Assembly: GCA_028534125.1 (NCBI GenBank)
Contig: CM052817.1
Location: forward strand, 56,360,001-56,424,000
Direction of reading: 5' to 3'
Origin: Lama glama
Taxonomy: Eukaryota
Length of the DNA: 64,000 nt
Shown: in pieces, positions 13,231-25,003 of the stretch
Position numbering within the stretch: the stretch's first letter is position 1
Layout: every line of letters starts with the position of its first letter
Notes under the pieces: model-generated
The model's input: only the letters and a program-made list of their open reading frames with translations
Databases searched by the model: none
What the model was told of the DNA's origin: nothing
Made by a program: the position numbers and the translations under genes

Positions 13231-14569
13231 GGATAAGATTTTTAATGGACTATATTTCATAGGAAAAAACATACAATGTTTTTCCTCTAAATAAAATACT
13301 TTGCCATATTCTGAACATCCAAAGATATATATATTATCACCATTAAAAAAGAGAAATTCCCAGAAATTCTTTTACAATTAACAAGTATAACAAAAACAAA
13401 ATTGTGAGCTACTGAAAGTGGTCAGATTTGTTCAAAATGTTAATTGCATTGTGAAAAACTACTGGATTATATTATGGACAAAATGAGAGAAAATATTTTT
13501 CTATTAGTTCACTCTATGTCTTTTTCAGATCTTTACTTACAAAGTACCGTTACATTGATTTATTTGTGTCCTTTCTAATGTCTGTCTTCCCACTAGAGAG
13601 TATCCATCAAAAAGCAGGATCTATTCTATCAATTTCTGTATACAGTGATATGAACATAGTAGATGGTCAATCTCTGCTTAAAAACTCAATGACTAGTGAT
13701 AATACTGCATTGACTAATCTGTTAAATAGTGATGCATAACATGGAAGAGCATTAAGTATGTAAATATTACAGCAAAAGGAAAGGGATGGGTTTTTCCAGA
13801 GAAAAATAAAATGTTTCATTAGTTAAAGACTATGTTAACAGTCACCGGATTGTAATATAGTCTTGTTAAAAGAAAGAAATGGAAGATAAATGAAGCAATG
13901 AACTCTAAAACATATTCAAAAAATTTTATTCCATTAAGTATGTATTGGAAAAGTTTGTTCATTTTAGTGTGCTGGTAATTTTGGAAGCTTCATTTTTGGG
14001 GAGAAATAGGATTTCAATAAATCATACAAATTCAAGGAGAGTATTTTGGAGAACCTAGGCATTATTAATGTACTTTGAAGGCTCAGAATTTAAAATATGA
14101 TTAAGGTGTTCAATAGTAAAAAAAAATACTAGAGGCATTCGTATAAGTAGAAACCATGGGAAGCGAACAATATAATTAGTGACTCAGATGACTAAGAACT
14201 TTGATTCTGAAGAAAAGGTAAGATTTATTAAATATTTTTTTCAATTACTCAAATAGAACAGGTTATACTAAAATGGACAAATAATAAGTTTTTTAAGGAA
14301 TTTGAAACAATACTCCTGAAATAAAAGAAAATAAAGGGTGAAATAAATCAAATACTTACCTTTAAATAAGTTTGTGTTCAGGGAGATAAAGACTAGGAGG
14401 TTTTCCAGAGTCTAGATCAAAGGAAAAAAAATATGAAAAAAATTTAACATGTGGCATTTTGGTCATGAAATCTCACCATGGGAGCTTCAGAAGAAAAAGT
14501 GAAAATCAATGGGAAAAGATCAACCAAATAAAATTAGTTTATTTCTGTGGCTCAAATCTATAGCCTTTG

Positions 14570-15745
14570 CATTGTGTTTGTTGTATTGTTTGGCCTTCCC
14601 TTATTCATGGGTGGGATTTCTCCATGTGATACTAATTTTTCTTCAAAGATTTAGTCAATATATGAGTGTGGTTCTACTGATTATTTTGTCTCTTGCCAAT
14701 GAGTCATGTGTGCTGGCTTTTTTGGTGGGTGTGTCATTTTTTATTGGGTATTAGACATTGTGTAAAAGTACAATAGTGACTAAGTTTAATTTTATTTACA
14801 GAAAAGGTGACTTTGCTTCTATCAGGCAATTACTGTGGGAGAAGTTGAATCGATCAGACCGTTACTCAGTGGCCTGGCCTTTGCTGTTACCGCCTGGGTT
14901 GCCGTAGCCTTCACTTGAACTCAGCGGAGGGCCTGGGGCACGGAGAGGATATTTTCCAGTGTCCTGACTTTGCCGGCAGACTTAGGCAGACCCTGTGTCC
15001 CTCCTCCTCTTTGGAGGACTGTTCTTTCAGTGCCCCTGCTCCCTCGGGGGAGGGCTGCTGCTTCCTGGGACTTGTCGTGGGGCCCAAGGTATGGAAAGAT
15101 TCTTCTCAGATGTCCTATTCCGCTCTCAGACCAATGCAGGCCCTGAGTGCCTGCACGTCTGGGGATGTCTTTTTTTTTTTTTTTTTTTTTTTTCCAGTTT
15201 TCATTCCCATCCTGCAGAGACAGATGCAACTACTGCATACCCACTTTTAGTGATTTACGCAGAAGGCAAGGATGATTAGAGTTTCTAGGTTCTTTCTCTT
15301 CTGATTTAGGCAAGATCCGAGTGCCTGTAATTCTGTAATTCTGAGGTTGTTTCCCTCTGTTTCCCTGCCTTATCCCAAGCATTAAAAAAAAATCATGAAA
15401 AAGAGTGAATAGGGGTACACGTCCCTTATTTCCAGGGTTTATTGGGCTTTAAAACTATCTGTCCACCTAACCCACAGGATGAGTGAATTTGTTGTAAGTC
15501 CAGCCCCTTATCTGTTTCTGTGGTGTCTTCCTGTTCTTCCTACTGCTTTGGCAAAGGTAATACAGCCTGGGCCCTGGCCCCTCTAAGAAGAGTTTGTCAC
15601 TTCTTAAAACTTGGCTCATTAGATTATTTGATTATTTCAGCCTTTTCAGGATCAAGCATATAATTTTGTAGATTTTCCAATTTGTTTTTGTTAAAATGGG
15701 AGCTGCATTCTCCTGCCACTTTCTGTATCCTCAGCAGGAGCCCTC
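14570..15745 (-). mobile_element. Ancient L1M 5' region fragment
   Basis: tctactgattattttgtctcttg...ttttttattgggtattagacattgtg followed by a GC-richer antisense L1 5' UTR-like tract. Contains a T24 run at 15170-15193. Confidence 0.45.
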
Positions 15746-17640
15746 TTTATTCTTGACTACTGGGTATTTCCCATAATATGCAGAAAATCAAGCTCATTTA
15801 AAAATTTTTTTTGTTAGTTATCCATCATTCAGATTTTTTGTGTTTCAGTTTCCCCTACCCCTAGAATATCTAATAAGTGATACAGATGAAAAATAAAGTC
15901 ATCTTCATCTTTCAAAGCAAAGTGCATGGATATTGCCTAAAGAGAAAAGAATAATATTAAAGTTATGGGCTCAACTTCCAGAAGAACTCAAAACCCAAAT
16001 AAGCAAAAGAGCAAAAGTGGTTACTTTATGGGCGTTCACTGAAGTAACAGACTGTCTTTGACTTTTTACATTTCTTCTTTTCTGTAGTGCTTGAATTTTT
16101 TATTAGCATTGTTTGTGTGCTATTACCACATGTTAGGCTGACCAGGGGAATAAGTTAGAAGGGAAAGGACTTCAGATATCAAGACGGCAGGTTAGGAGTG
16201 AGGTGAAGCAAGCTCTGGGGATTTGCAGGAGTAGCAGGCAAGATCTGAGTGTCCCAGACTTAAAATCCCATTAGCAGAGACAGCAAGATAGAGTTGTATC
16301 AATAATCATGAAGTAGGGCTAAATAAGTTATTCAACGATCAGCCAGAGAAAACTTCAAATAGGAACAAGGGCTTGAAATGGACCATTTTATTATATCCCT
16401 CATCTCTGTCTCCAGTATTATACTGTATAATCTATCTGCACAGTACAGGTTTTGGGCACAAATATTTTAGCACAGACTGGGGTGAAATGGTTGTTATTGA
16501 GCTGACATTTCAGGATACTTGGCTAATCCTAACATACATGAGTTTTTGAACATTTATGCAAAATACACTGACAAAATGATCATGATCTTTTTCTCTTAAA
16601 TCTATATTGAAAATTGTTACTATGATTATGTTACTATAGATTTAAGTTGTTAGACAATGAGATATACTGTGTATCTACTTTGTATTACAAGTAGTTTTGC
16701 TGGACCAATTGACCTAAAGTAATTAAGAACAATGAACCGTAATATTGGTTTCTTCCAGCAACAATTTTAAAAGATACTATAAGAGGATAGAAGTAATTAT
16801 TGTTTCAGCCTTGAAAATCACTAGCAAAAACAAATCCAAGACACGTATCTACTTTTTAATAAATCAGAAGTTAGTGCAGCCTCTATATAAATACATTTTT
16901 ATGATTACCTAGACATGTAAGTAAAGGAAGGAACTATTCAAATAACAAGCACAAATACAACAGGCATAGCATGAGACTGAAATAAATATGTCAAATAATG
17001 TGTTCTATATACAGCAATTCTATTTCCCACATTTTAGCATATACTAGAAACATTAGTTCATAAATCTTGAACCCTAATTTGAGAGCTCTGGCAGTTAAGC
17101 AAACAATTAGAAATCACATGTAGTAGTACTAGATGAGAATTTAAGAATGTAATATTTGTGTTCAAATAATGTATAACAGTTTAAACTGTCTATTTTTATA
17201 AAGTATGTATTCATAACTGTAATAAAATCTATTTGTTTGAATCATTAGAACCCACATAAATTGACTGCAACCTAGGGACCAAAATTTTATGATTTGCTTG
17301 AATTATTATTCTAAAGTTAGTTCTGGCAGTTTAAATGAATCAGTGAATCATAAAAATGTAGGGCTGGAAGCCATCTCAAAGTCACCTTTTCCAACCGTGC
17401 AGAAGCAATCGAAACAAATGGAGTCTATCAGATGGCTATCTGTCTTGTCATTAAAAATTTCCCTTAAGAGAAATTTACCAGTCTCCCTGGGTACATGGCT
17501 CTGAGGCCTGATTGGCCTGATTACCTTGAAACTAAGTCTGCTTTTCTACTAAAATACTTAACAACATCAAAAATATTTGAAAGCCTTTTGGAAAGTTTGA
17601 CTTTCTTAATCTTGTAATATTCAGTGTAACACTGGAAAGA

Positions 17641-17954
17641 GAACAGAGCACAGAGGAGGTTTAGGGTAGTGAAAATAGTCTATGATATTGTAATGACGGA
17701 TACTTGTCATTAGACTTTTGTCCACAGCCACAGAATGTACAGCACCAAGGATGAGCCCTAGAGTAAACTAGAGACTTGGGGTGATTATGATGTGTCAATG
17801 TAGGTTCATCAAGTGTAACAAATGTATCTTTCTGGTAAGTGATGTTGATAACAGGAGAGGCTCTGTCTGTGTGGAGGCTGGGGGAACATGTGAGACCTCT
17901 GTAACTTCCTCTCAACTGTGCTGTAAATCTAAAACAGGTCAAAAAAAAAAAAAA
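17641..17954 (+). mobile_element. L1MC-type 3' end with poly(A)
   Basis: gagcacagaggaggtttagggtagtgaaaat...gatacttgtcatta...cacagaatgtacagcaccaag...gatgtgtcaatgtaggttcatcaagtgtaacaaatgta...ctgtaaatctaaaac followed by an A14 tail. Confidence 0.85.
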
Positions 17955-18309
17955 GGTAAATCTTTTAAAAAAAATGAGAGACTTTTCTCCTTTTTCTTAA
18001 GATTATCTACAGTTACATCCTATGCCCTCTATTCAGTTCTCTACTCCTTTCTCACACTGTATCTCTCCCCAGTTTCCTTCCAATCACTGTCTCTATGTTT
18101 ATAGTCAAGTTTTCTAGTCTCCAAAACAGCTTTTCCTTAACATAATGTAACTTTTAAGAATTGTAGACTTATCTATACTTTGGAGTTAATCACACCTTTA
18201 TTTACTAAATTGTTCTAGAGATTATGTGTTGCATTCATTTCCCCAACTTTAACATCTAATCTTATTCTTAACCCTTTCCTATTTTGATCATTATTTATTC
18301 ATTAAATAA

Positions 18310-18642
18310 TCATTTCTGAATTCCTATTATGTTCCCCAAACTGATGGTGGTTGGATGAGCAATGAAATAGTCACAGGGTGGGCGGTATTAAAAACAAGCT
18401 TTGTTTTGCAAAGCATATATCCTAATTCTATTAGAACTTCTGCTTTAGACATCATTGATAACAGTGTAACTGTCACATCTAGCAGCCCTTCCTCAGTGCA
18501 CTTACTTGGTCTTTCTGGAATGTATGATCTAATTGACTCTTTCTCAACAATTGTTCCTGCCTTAGTTTCTGTGGATGTAAATCTCACAGGGAATGCAGGA
18601 GTACTCCAATATTGGCTTACTCCAGGAATGAGACAAAAATAA
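18310..18642 (+). mobile_element. Degenerate L2/CR1-clade reverse-transcriptase fragment
   Basis: Translation LQSIYPNSIRTSALDIIDNSVTVTSSSPSSVHLLGLSGMYDLIDS aligns by eye with the L2-clade motif LQSGFRPxHSTETALLKVTNDLLLAxDSGxSSVLxLLDLSAAFDTVDH. Confidence 0.55.
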
Positions 18643-18879
18643 AGTAGCTAATACCAAACTCTTAGACTCAATTCCTTTATCCGTACTGCTTTTGATGTCA
18701 AGATTCTTGCAAAATAACATCAGATGTTCTCTCTCTGCCTCTTGACACAACACTGCTGCTCAAACAAGCTTACTCCTTAGATCTCAAAAGATGTGATTTT
18801 ACTTTTATAATAGCCTACAACCTAACCCAGCTTTGTCATTCTCTCATCTTATGAGTCTGTAGGATATATGGCCACAGAA

Positions 18880-19195
18880 TTATCTTTCTTAAGTAGATCA
18901 GTGATTATGTCATATACTTGTCTAAAACTTTTATACTTTTCCATTACCAAGAACTGGTGACTCAATATATGTCATTTCCCCCTTTCTGACTCAAAATCAT
19001 ATATTTCTTCCCCTCTCCTCACACCCCCAATAAGCAGAGAGCATGTTCACAAACACACACAAACAAAAGCTCTGTGAAGACAAGGACTTAGTCTTGTTCA
19101 CTGCTCTATACCCAGGATGGAGCACCATGCTTGGCATGTATTAAATGACTAATAAATATATTTCAGATGCATGAATACATAAATGAACAAATGAT
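18880..19195 (+). mobile_element. L2 3' end
   Basis: aagctctgtgaagacaaggacttagtcttgttcactgctctatacccagg...gcttggcatgta...aataaatatatttcagatgcatgaat is the canonical L2 terminus. Confidence 0.75.
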
Positions 19196-21068
19196 TCTAT
19201 TACACATCTCTCTCAGTACTTTGAGAATAGTAGCTATTTTAGAGGAATGTTATCTGCATAACCCCTAGAATATCACTGTGTACTGTTGGCACTGCTTATA
19301 CATAGGTCCAACTAGAGGCAGAGCTCTTGTTTAAATCCTCTCTTTGCTGAAGAGGAAATTGGGCTTAAGATCAGATAACATTTCCAATATTTCATTCAAC
19401 GGCATTGATGAGTTCTATTTCCACATGAGATGTTTTCCCTCTTTTTTTCCATTCAAATTATTAGTTGCTCTTTCTTTAGTATTTTAAGTTCCAGCTCACA
19501 TGCTCTCACTCATTCAGTCTCTTTCGATCACTCCTGTGGAATTTTGTTTTGCTTGTGTTGTAAAGAAGTGAGTATTTGGTCTAATGGATTTGCAGAAGAC
19601 ATGCTTTTTTTTTTTTTTCCTATTAGGTGTGTTACCGTAAGAAACTTTTTCTTTTCAATCATATTTTTTATCTGCAAAATCATACTATTTCCTTTTGTAT
19701 GTAACAGTAAATGCAGGTGTTTTGGGTTGAGTGTTTGCATATGGCTGGGGTGACATAGGGTAGTAAGTTGTGCCATGTGGTTGCCAGATTATTGTCAAAA
19801 ATATGTATCTTCAAAAATCTCTTCTTTCCAAAATCTGTCAGAAATAGTACTGATAATGACTCACCCAAAATGTATGCAAATATTGTGGTTTTGAATGCAA
19901 AAATGTACACAAATAGATTTTGCACACAAACGTCTTTCTTTGGGCATCTGCCCTCATCCCGAGGGGCTCACCTTTTTTCACTGATAAGGATACATCAGTG
20001 AAAAGTCTAAGCAGTGTCTTAACAAGTGAAATTATATCAAACATATATTTAAACTAAGTTTTTCCATTACCAAATTGTGCCTTGATGTTACATGATAAGA
20101 ATCAAGGGCGGCTGTGAGAAAAGTTGAATAAATTTTCATTGCATTTATGCTCTGGAGGCTGTGATGGGGATATCTTTCCATGACCTCATGTAATGTCCCA
20201 CTTACAAGAAAATAACAACAGAATAAGTTCCTTTCAAGCCAACCTTTGAAAAACAGGTTGTGGATTCAGCAACTTGTTTTGTTTTTTGTTTTTTGTTTTG
20301 AGGATATCGTGCACATTGACTAAAACTGAAAAACAGCTTTGAGCTCTTGCCTTTGTGTTCAGGATGTCAGCCCTACTGTCCGGTTAGGTGTTTGGCCAGG
20401 TGTGTGTATGTGTGTGCTTTTGTTATTACAATACTAGCTTTCATGATTACTGACATAACTTAATGTCTACATCTGAAGTGAGACTCAAGGAAGTAAACAA
20501 TATACAATATATACATAAATATGAATAGTATCAGTGAATGATGAAGTGAAGTTATTTTATAGTTGGATTTATTGCTAAAATACCTTAATTGTAACTCATA
20601 AGTTAATGTGTGTCCCATTTTCTAAAAATAAATGAGATGATTTACAAATAACTTCTTTGCAACCTGGATTTTCAAAGAGAAACTGAGAAGAAAGCAAAAC
20701 AATATGAATAATGGAAACAGACAAAGAGTGATATTGTGAAAGCAGAGGAGAATATTATCTCACATTTTTTAATGGTAACTTTAAGATTTATTTTATCTAC
20801 TTCTGTAAACCCTGCCCTTGTCCCCAAAGACTACAATTCATTTCCCTATTTTCAGGGTATTGTTGTTAACCAAGTTAAAACCTGGGGATCGACAAAGCAG
20901 TTGTAAGTCTAAGGCTTCTGTGCTCTAAAACTTTAACTGCAATAAAATTCCTACATCAGAGCAACACAAACACAGTGCTGTTCATCTATGTCTACTTAAT
21001 TCCTTGCGCATCTTCCCAAGCGATTCTTTGAGATAATATCTTAATGAAGCCATGGGGAGATCTATTGT

Positions 21069-21073
<5 letters not shown>

Positions 21074-21102
<29 letters not shown>
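21074..21102. repeat. (TG)n microsatellite
   Basis: Seen directly: about 14 pure units within a longer imperfect GT tract. Confidence 0.95.
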
Positions 21103-21105
<3 letters not shown>

Positions 21106-21384
21106 CACACATACATGTCTCTGTGTGTGTAAGTAGTATGTATGCATGTATAAATCTATGTGGATATAGCCTGTAGCATCTCTATTTTTTTTTCAAAAAT
21201 CTGATTTGTAAGATTTTTTTAACTCTAATTTTTCTAGAAGCTATCTTTTTGCCTCATCTACTACAGTATGTCATTTACATGCAGGCTCAGCCCACAAATA
21301 ATTTTAGTTTTTTTCCACTGTGAATAAATACAAATAAAACCTAAACACTCAAGAAATAGAGTGGTCAGTTTGATAGGTAAGGTG

Positions 21385-21597
21385 TGTTGTGATAAAATGT
21401 CAATATGAGGTACCCTGTGGTGATGGAAATATTCTGTGTCTTCATTGTATCAATGTCAATCTTCTGGTTGTGATTTTGTGCAGTAGCTTCACAAGGTATT
21501 GCTTTGGGGGGATTGAGTTAAAGGGTACAGAGATCTCTTCATGTTACTTCTTACAACTGTTTGTGGATCTGTAAGCATTTAAAAGTAAAAAAAAAAA
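21385..21597 (+). mobile_element. L1MD-type 3' end
   Basis: tgtggtgatggaaatattctgtgtcttcattgtatcaatgtcaatcttctggttgtgat...aagggtacagagatctct...cttacaactg followed by an A-run. Confidence 0.8.
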
Positions 21598-23004
21598 TTC
21601 ATTAAAAAAAAGATCTGCAATGATACTATACTTTCACCTAATTTCCCTCAAAGAAATAGTTAGCCTGCATTACTTATTAACTGACCCATCTTTTCCTTGT
21701 TAAGTAGAAACTAGCTGTATATCTCTACTAAAGGCATACAAACGTACACACACGTATTTATTTCTGAATTTTCTAACTGATCCCATAGATCTGCCTTTCT
21801 AACTTGGTACTAATCATGTATTTAGCTTTTCATTACTTTGTTAAATATGGTGGTAATGGAAGTTGTTTTCTTTCAACTTTAAATTTTTGTTGTGCTTAAT
21901 TATATAGATTTAATACTTTAAACTGTCTCGTATTCATTGCTGAAAAAAACATTCTAAGTAATCATGTATCATCATTTTAATGTAGCACTCAACATGATTT
22001 ACTAACATTTTTATTTAAGCTTTTTCATCTGTTAGACCTAATATTTCAGGCATGTGTGTGGTATAAACTTCATAATATTCTGATATTAAAATGATTTTCA
22101 CTTCATTCCAATCATGTGGTTGCTTCTCATTGCCATGGCATTATTTAAGCTTACACTTGTGAAGTCACACAGACGCCTCTCCACTCTGCAGACACATGTA
22201 TTTTGGTCTCATTCCCTGCATGGGCCTTAAAGCTCCTAAACTTTGGTTGTCTTAGTTCACATTCCCATGTTCAGCTATGGTTCCTCAAGACAGACTTCAC
22301 TGAGGTGAAAGATTGCACCCATATTCTGGCAATGTAGAGAAAATAATTTTGTGTTTCTCCAGAGTTGAAGCATTCTGAATAAATTTTGCTAAGACCTGGG
22401 ACCCTGGTCTTAGAACAAGTACTGGGAGGTTAACAGTCACCTACACAGACAATGAGAGCACTCAAGAGCACTGACCTAACGCTTGGGACAGGCGTGTATG
22501 TTTCAAGGGAAAGTCATACGCAGGACCTTGAAGGCATCCCTAGGTAGTGAAATCCAGAAACACTGGGTATATCTGGCTCCTAGAGTGAGAACCCAGAATT
22601 CTTTCCATATGGTTATAATGAGAACCCATCACCAAGGTTTCTGTGCCTCCTCCCGGCAGAGAAGATCAAGGCAACTGCCTCCTTCTCCCGTATACAAGCA
22701 GAGAAAATCCATTGTTCTTTGTTTTCTTTGTCCCTCACCTATGGAGTGTTTGGCCACACATGTAGGAGATTTTTTCTATCTGGTTTTCATTGTGTCATCT
22801 CAGGGGTAAAACTGGGCCAAAGAGGGCCAGTGCTGTGACTATCATTTAACTAATCTCTCTGATCCAGAACACACATGTATATATTCTGAGTAAAATTAAT
22901 AAAAGTTAATATTAAAAACACTGTATGCATTCTCTGTGCCTGAAAATGCATCTGGCACCTAGACCATAAGCACCATTTCTGATTCCTTCTTTCCTCAAGA
23001 ATTC

Positions 23005-23312
23005 AAAGAAAAATGCCATATGTGGAATCTAAAAAAAAAAAAGGACACAAATGAATTTATCTACAGAACAGAAACAGACTCAAAAACATAGAGAAGAAAC
23101 TTACAGTTACCAGGGGGTAAAAGGGGGTTGAAAGGGGTAAATCGGGAGTTCAAACTGCACACCTCTGGGGGAGTGATGGAAATGTTACCTACCTTGACTG
23201 CGGTCGTGGTGTCATAGGTGTATACATCTACCAAAATTCATCAAATTGTAACCTGAGATACCTGTAGTTTACTGTACAGGAATTATACCACAATAAAGGT
23301 GCTTTAAAAAAA
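23005..23312 (+). mobile_element. 5'-truncated L1 3' end with a chimeric 3' UTR
   Basis: A young-type L1 3' UTR (atatgtggaatctaaaaaaa...gaaacagactca...ttacagttaccaggggg) is joined at about 23160 to an L1MB/ME-type terminus (gtgatggaaatgtt...cttgactgcggt...caataaag). Flanked by aagaattc and aaaaattc. Confidence 0.75.
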
Positions 23313-23587
23313 TTCTAGTTCTCTTTTCCTATAACTGGGCTTTTGTTGTGAGAATAAAAATCAAGAACTGTGCTGAGTACAAGTGGTACAGGAATGGTTT
23401 TGGATGTGGTTTCTATCAATAATTATCATGCACTAGTGTGAGACAGTCATACAAACAAATAAGTGCAAACAAGTTCTACAGTCCTTTCCCTCCTAGGAAG
23501 CATTTCGGAGGAAGTGAAAACACAGAGAGGTGGGAAGTAAGTTAAACCTAATCTTGGTGGAAATGGGAAAGTCTTTGTAGGGGATAT

Positions 23588-23995
23588 CCATACATTTAAC
23601 AAATATTTGTTGATCACTTGCTCAGTGTCATACACAGTTTTAGCCACTAGGTGTGGAGAAAGGTGAATGTCTGTCCTTAAGAGAGCTGTTGTTTCGTGGA
23701 AGAGTCAAAATGTAACCTTTAACTAAGGGCTGTGATAGGCTGCGTGTGAGGGGTGGACAGATAAATATTTAGGAAGCAGAACTGTCAAGGTTCAGTGTCA
23801 GCTAGAATGAAGGACATGGAGAAAAGAGGAGCTTAAGATGAGTAGATGAGTATCTTTTCTGGTTTAGATGATAAGATGAACGGCAGTGCCATTAAAAAGA
23901 AAAATCTAGAAATAATTAGGTCTATGTTTAGAGCTCAGAAGAGAGGTCAAGGCTGTTGGTAAGGATTTTTTCAGCATCACCACATAGATAAAAGT
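23588..23995 (-). mobile_element. L2 3' end
   Basis: catttaacaaatatttgttgatcacttgctcagtgtca...gagctcagaagagaggtcaaggctg matches antisense L2. Confidence 0.65.
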
Positions 23996-24564
23996 TTCCC
24001 CAAAGTACTGTATTTTCTCCCACCCTTTTTCTTCCACACACAAGGCAAAAATCAAAGACATCAATTATTCTTACTGATCAGGAACACAGACTAAGAAACT
24101 TTAGTCTTAACCTTCCAGATAGCACTATAAAATTATTACATTTGACAGATAAGATAAAACCAATTCCTTTTTTTTTCCTTTTCAAGCTAAAGGAACGATT
24201 TTAATAACTGTAGCACAAATATAACTAGTGGAACTATCAGAGGAGCTAAAGCAAAATTTGAAGCGTAGAAAAATTAGAGGTATGGGATAAAAGAGAAGTA
24301 CGAGAGACCAAAAACAAGTGAAAGCAGACTCGAGTCATATTGTTATGATGTGAGTCATTCTATTCTGTAGTCAAAATCATATCATGCAATCTTAGTATTA
24401 TGGGAAAAAAATTAAGACAGATGTCGGGCCTATTTTGTGACTACAGTCTTTTAAGAAGATTACATTCTACATAAACAACCTAGACGATGCCCTGCTATTG
24501 GAAAAGTTAAAACGGTAGTTTTGCTAGCATAGAATGCTATTACTGAGCACTTTGTAAATGATAA

Positions 24565-25003
24565 TGTATTAGTCAAGGTTCCCCAGAGAAACAGAACCAG
24601 TGGCATCTACATTCTACGTCTGTGTCTGTGTCTGTGTCTCTATGTTTCTATCTACAAAATAAACTTGTTTCAAGGAATTAGCTTTTGTGATTGTGGAGAC
24701 TGGCAATGGACAACTTCCAGGCAGGAGCTGATTCTGCAAACATGAGGAAGGATTTTTCCTTCCCGAAAAAAAAAAAAAGAAAGAAAAGAAAAGAAATACT
24801 CAATTTTTGCATGTCAGGCCTTTCAGCTGATTAGATGAAGCCCACCTACATTATCAAGGTAATTTCTTTATCTTAAAGTCAGCTGGTGGTGGATGTTAAC
24901 CACATCTACAAAATATCTCCACCACACCACCTAGACTGGTGTGTGTTTGAATACCAGGTGAGGTCGCCTAGCCAAGCTAACACCTGAAAATAACCAGTGC
25001 ACA
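24565..25003 (-). mobile_element. MLT2 (MLT2D-like) ERVL solo LTR
   Basis: tgtattagtcaaggttccccagagaaacagaacc...aaggaattagct...ctgattagatgaagcccacc...cctagccaagctaacac...aaccagtgcaca, with TG...CA termini. Confidence 0.85.

Noticed and set aside
14157..14223. Plus-strand donor AAG|gtaaga preceded by a short MTKNFDSEEK frame
   Set aside because: No supporting acceptor, promoter or downstream coding exon; isolated donors are frequent in AT-rich DNA.
14915..15279. Three overlapping ORFs with poly-Phe or poly-Lys runs
   Set aside because: They arise from a T24 homopolymer within GC-richer L1 5'-like sequence.
18327..18587. 86-aa minus-strand ORF as a host exon
   Set aside because: Better explained as the antisense of the RT-like frame; no recognisable protein or convincing splice pair.
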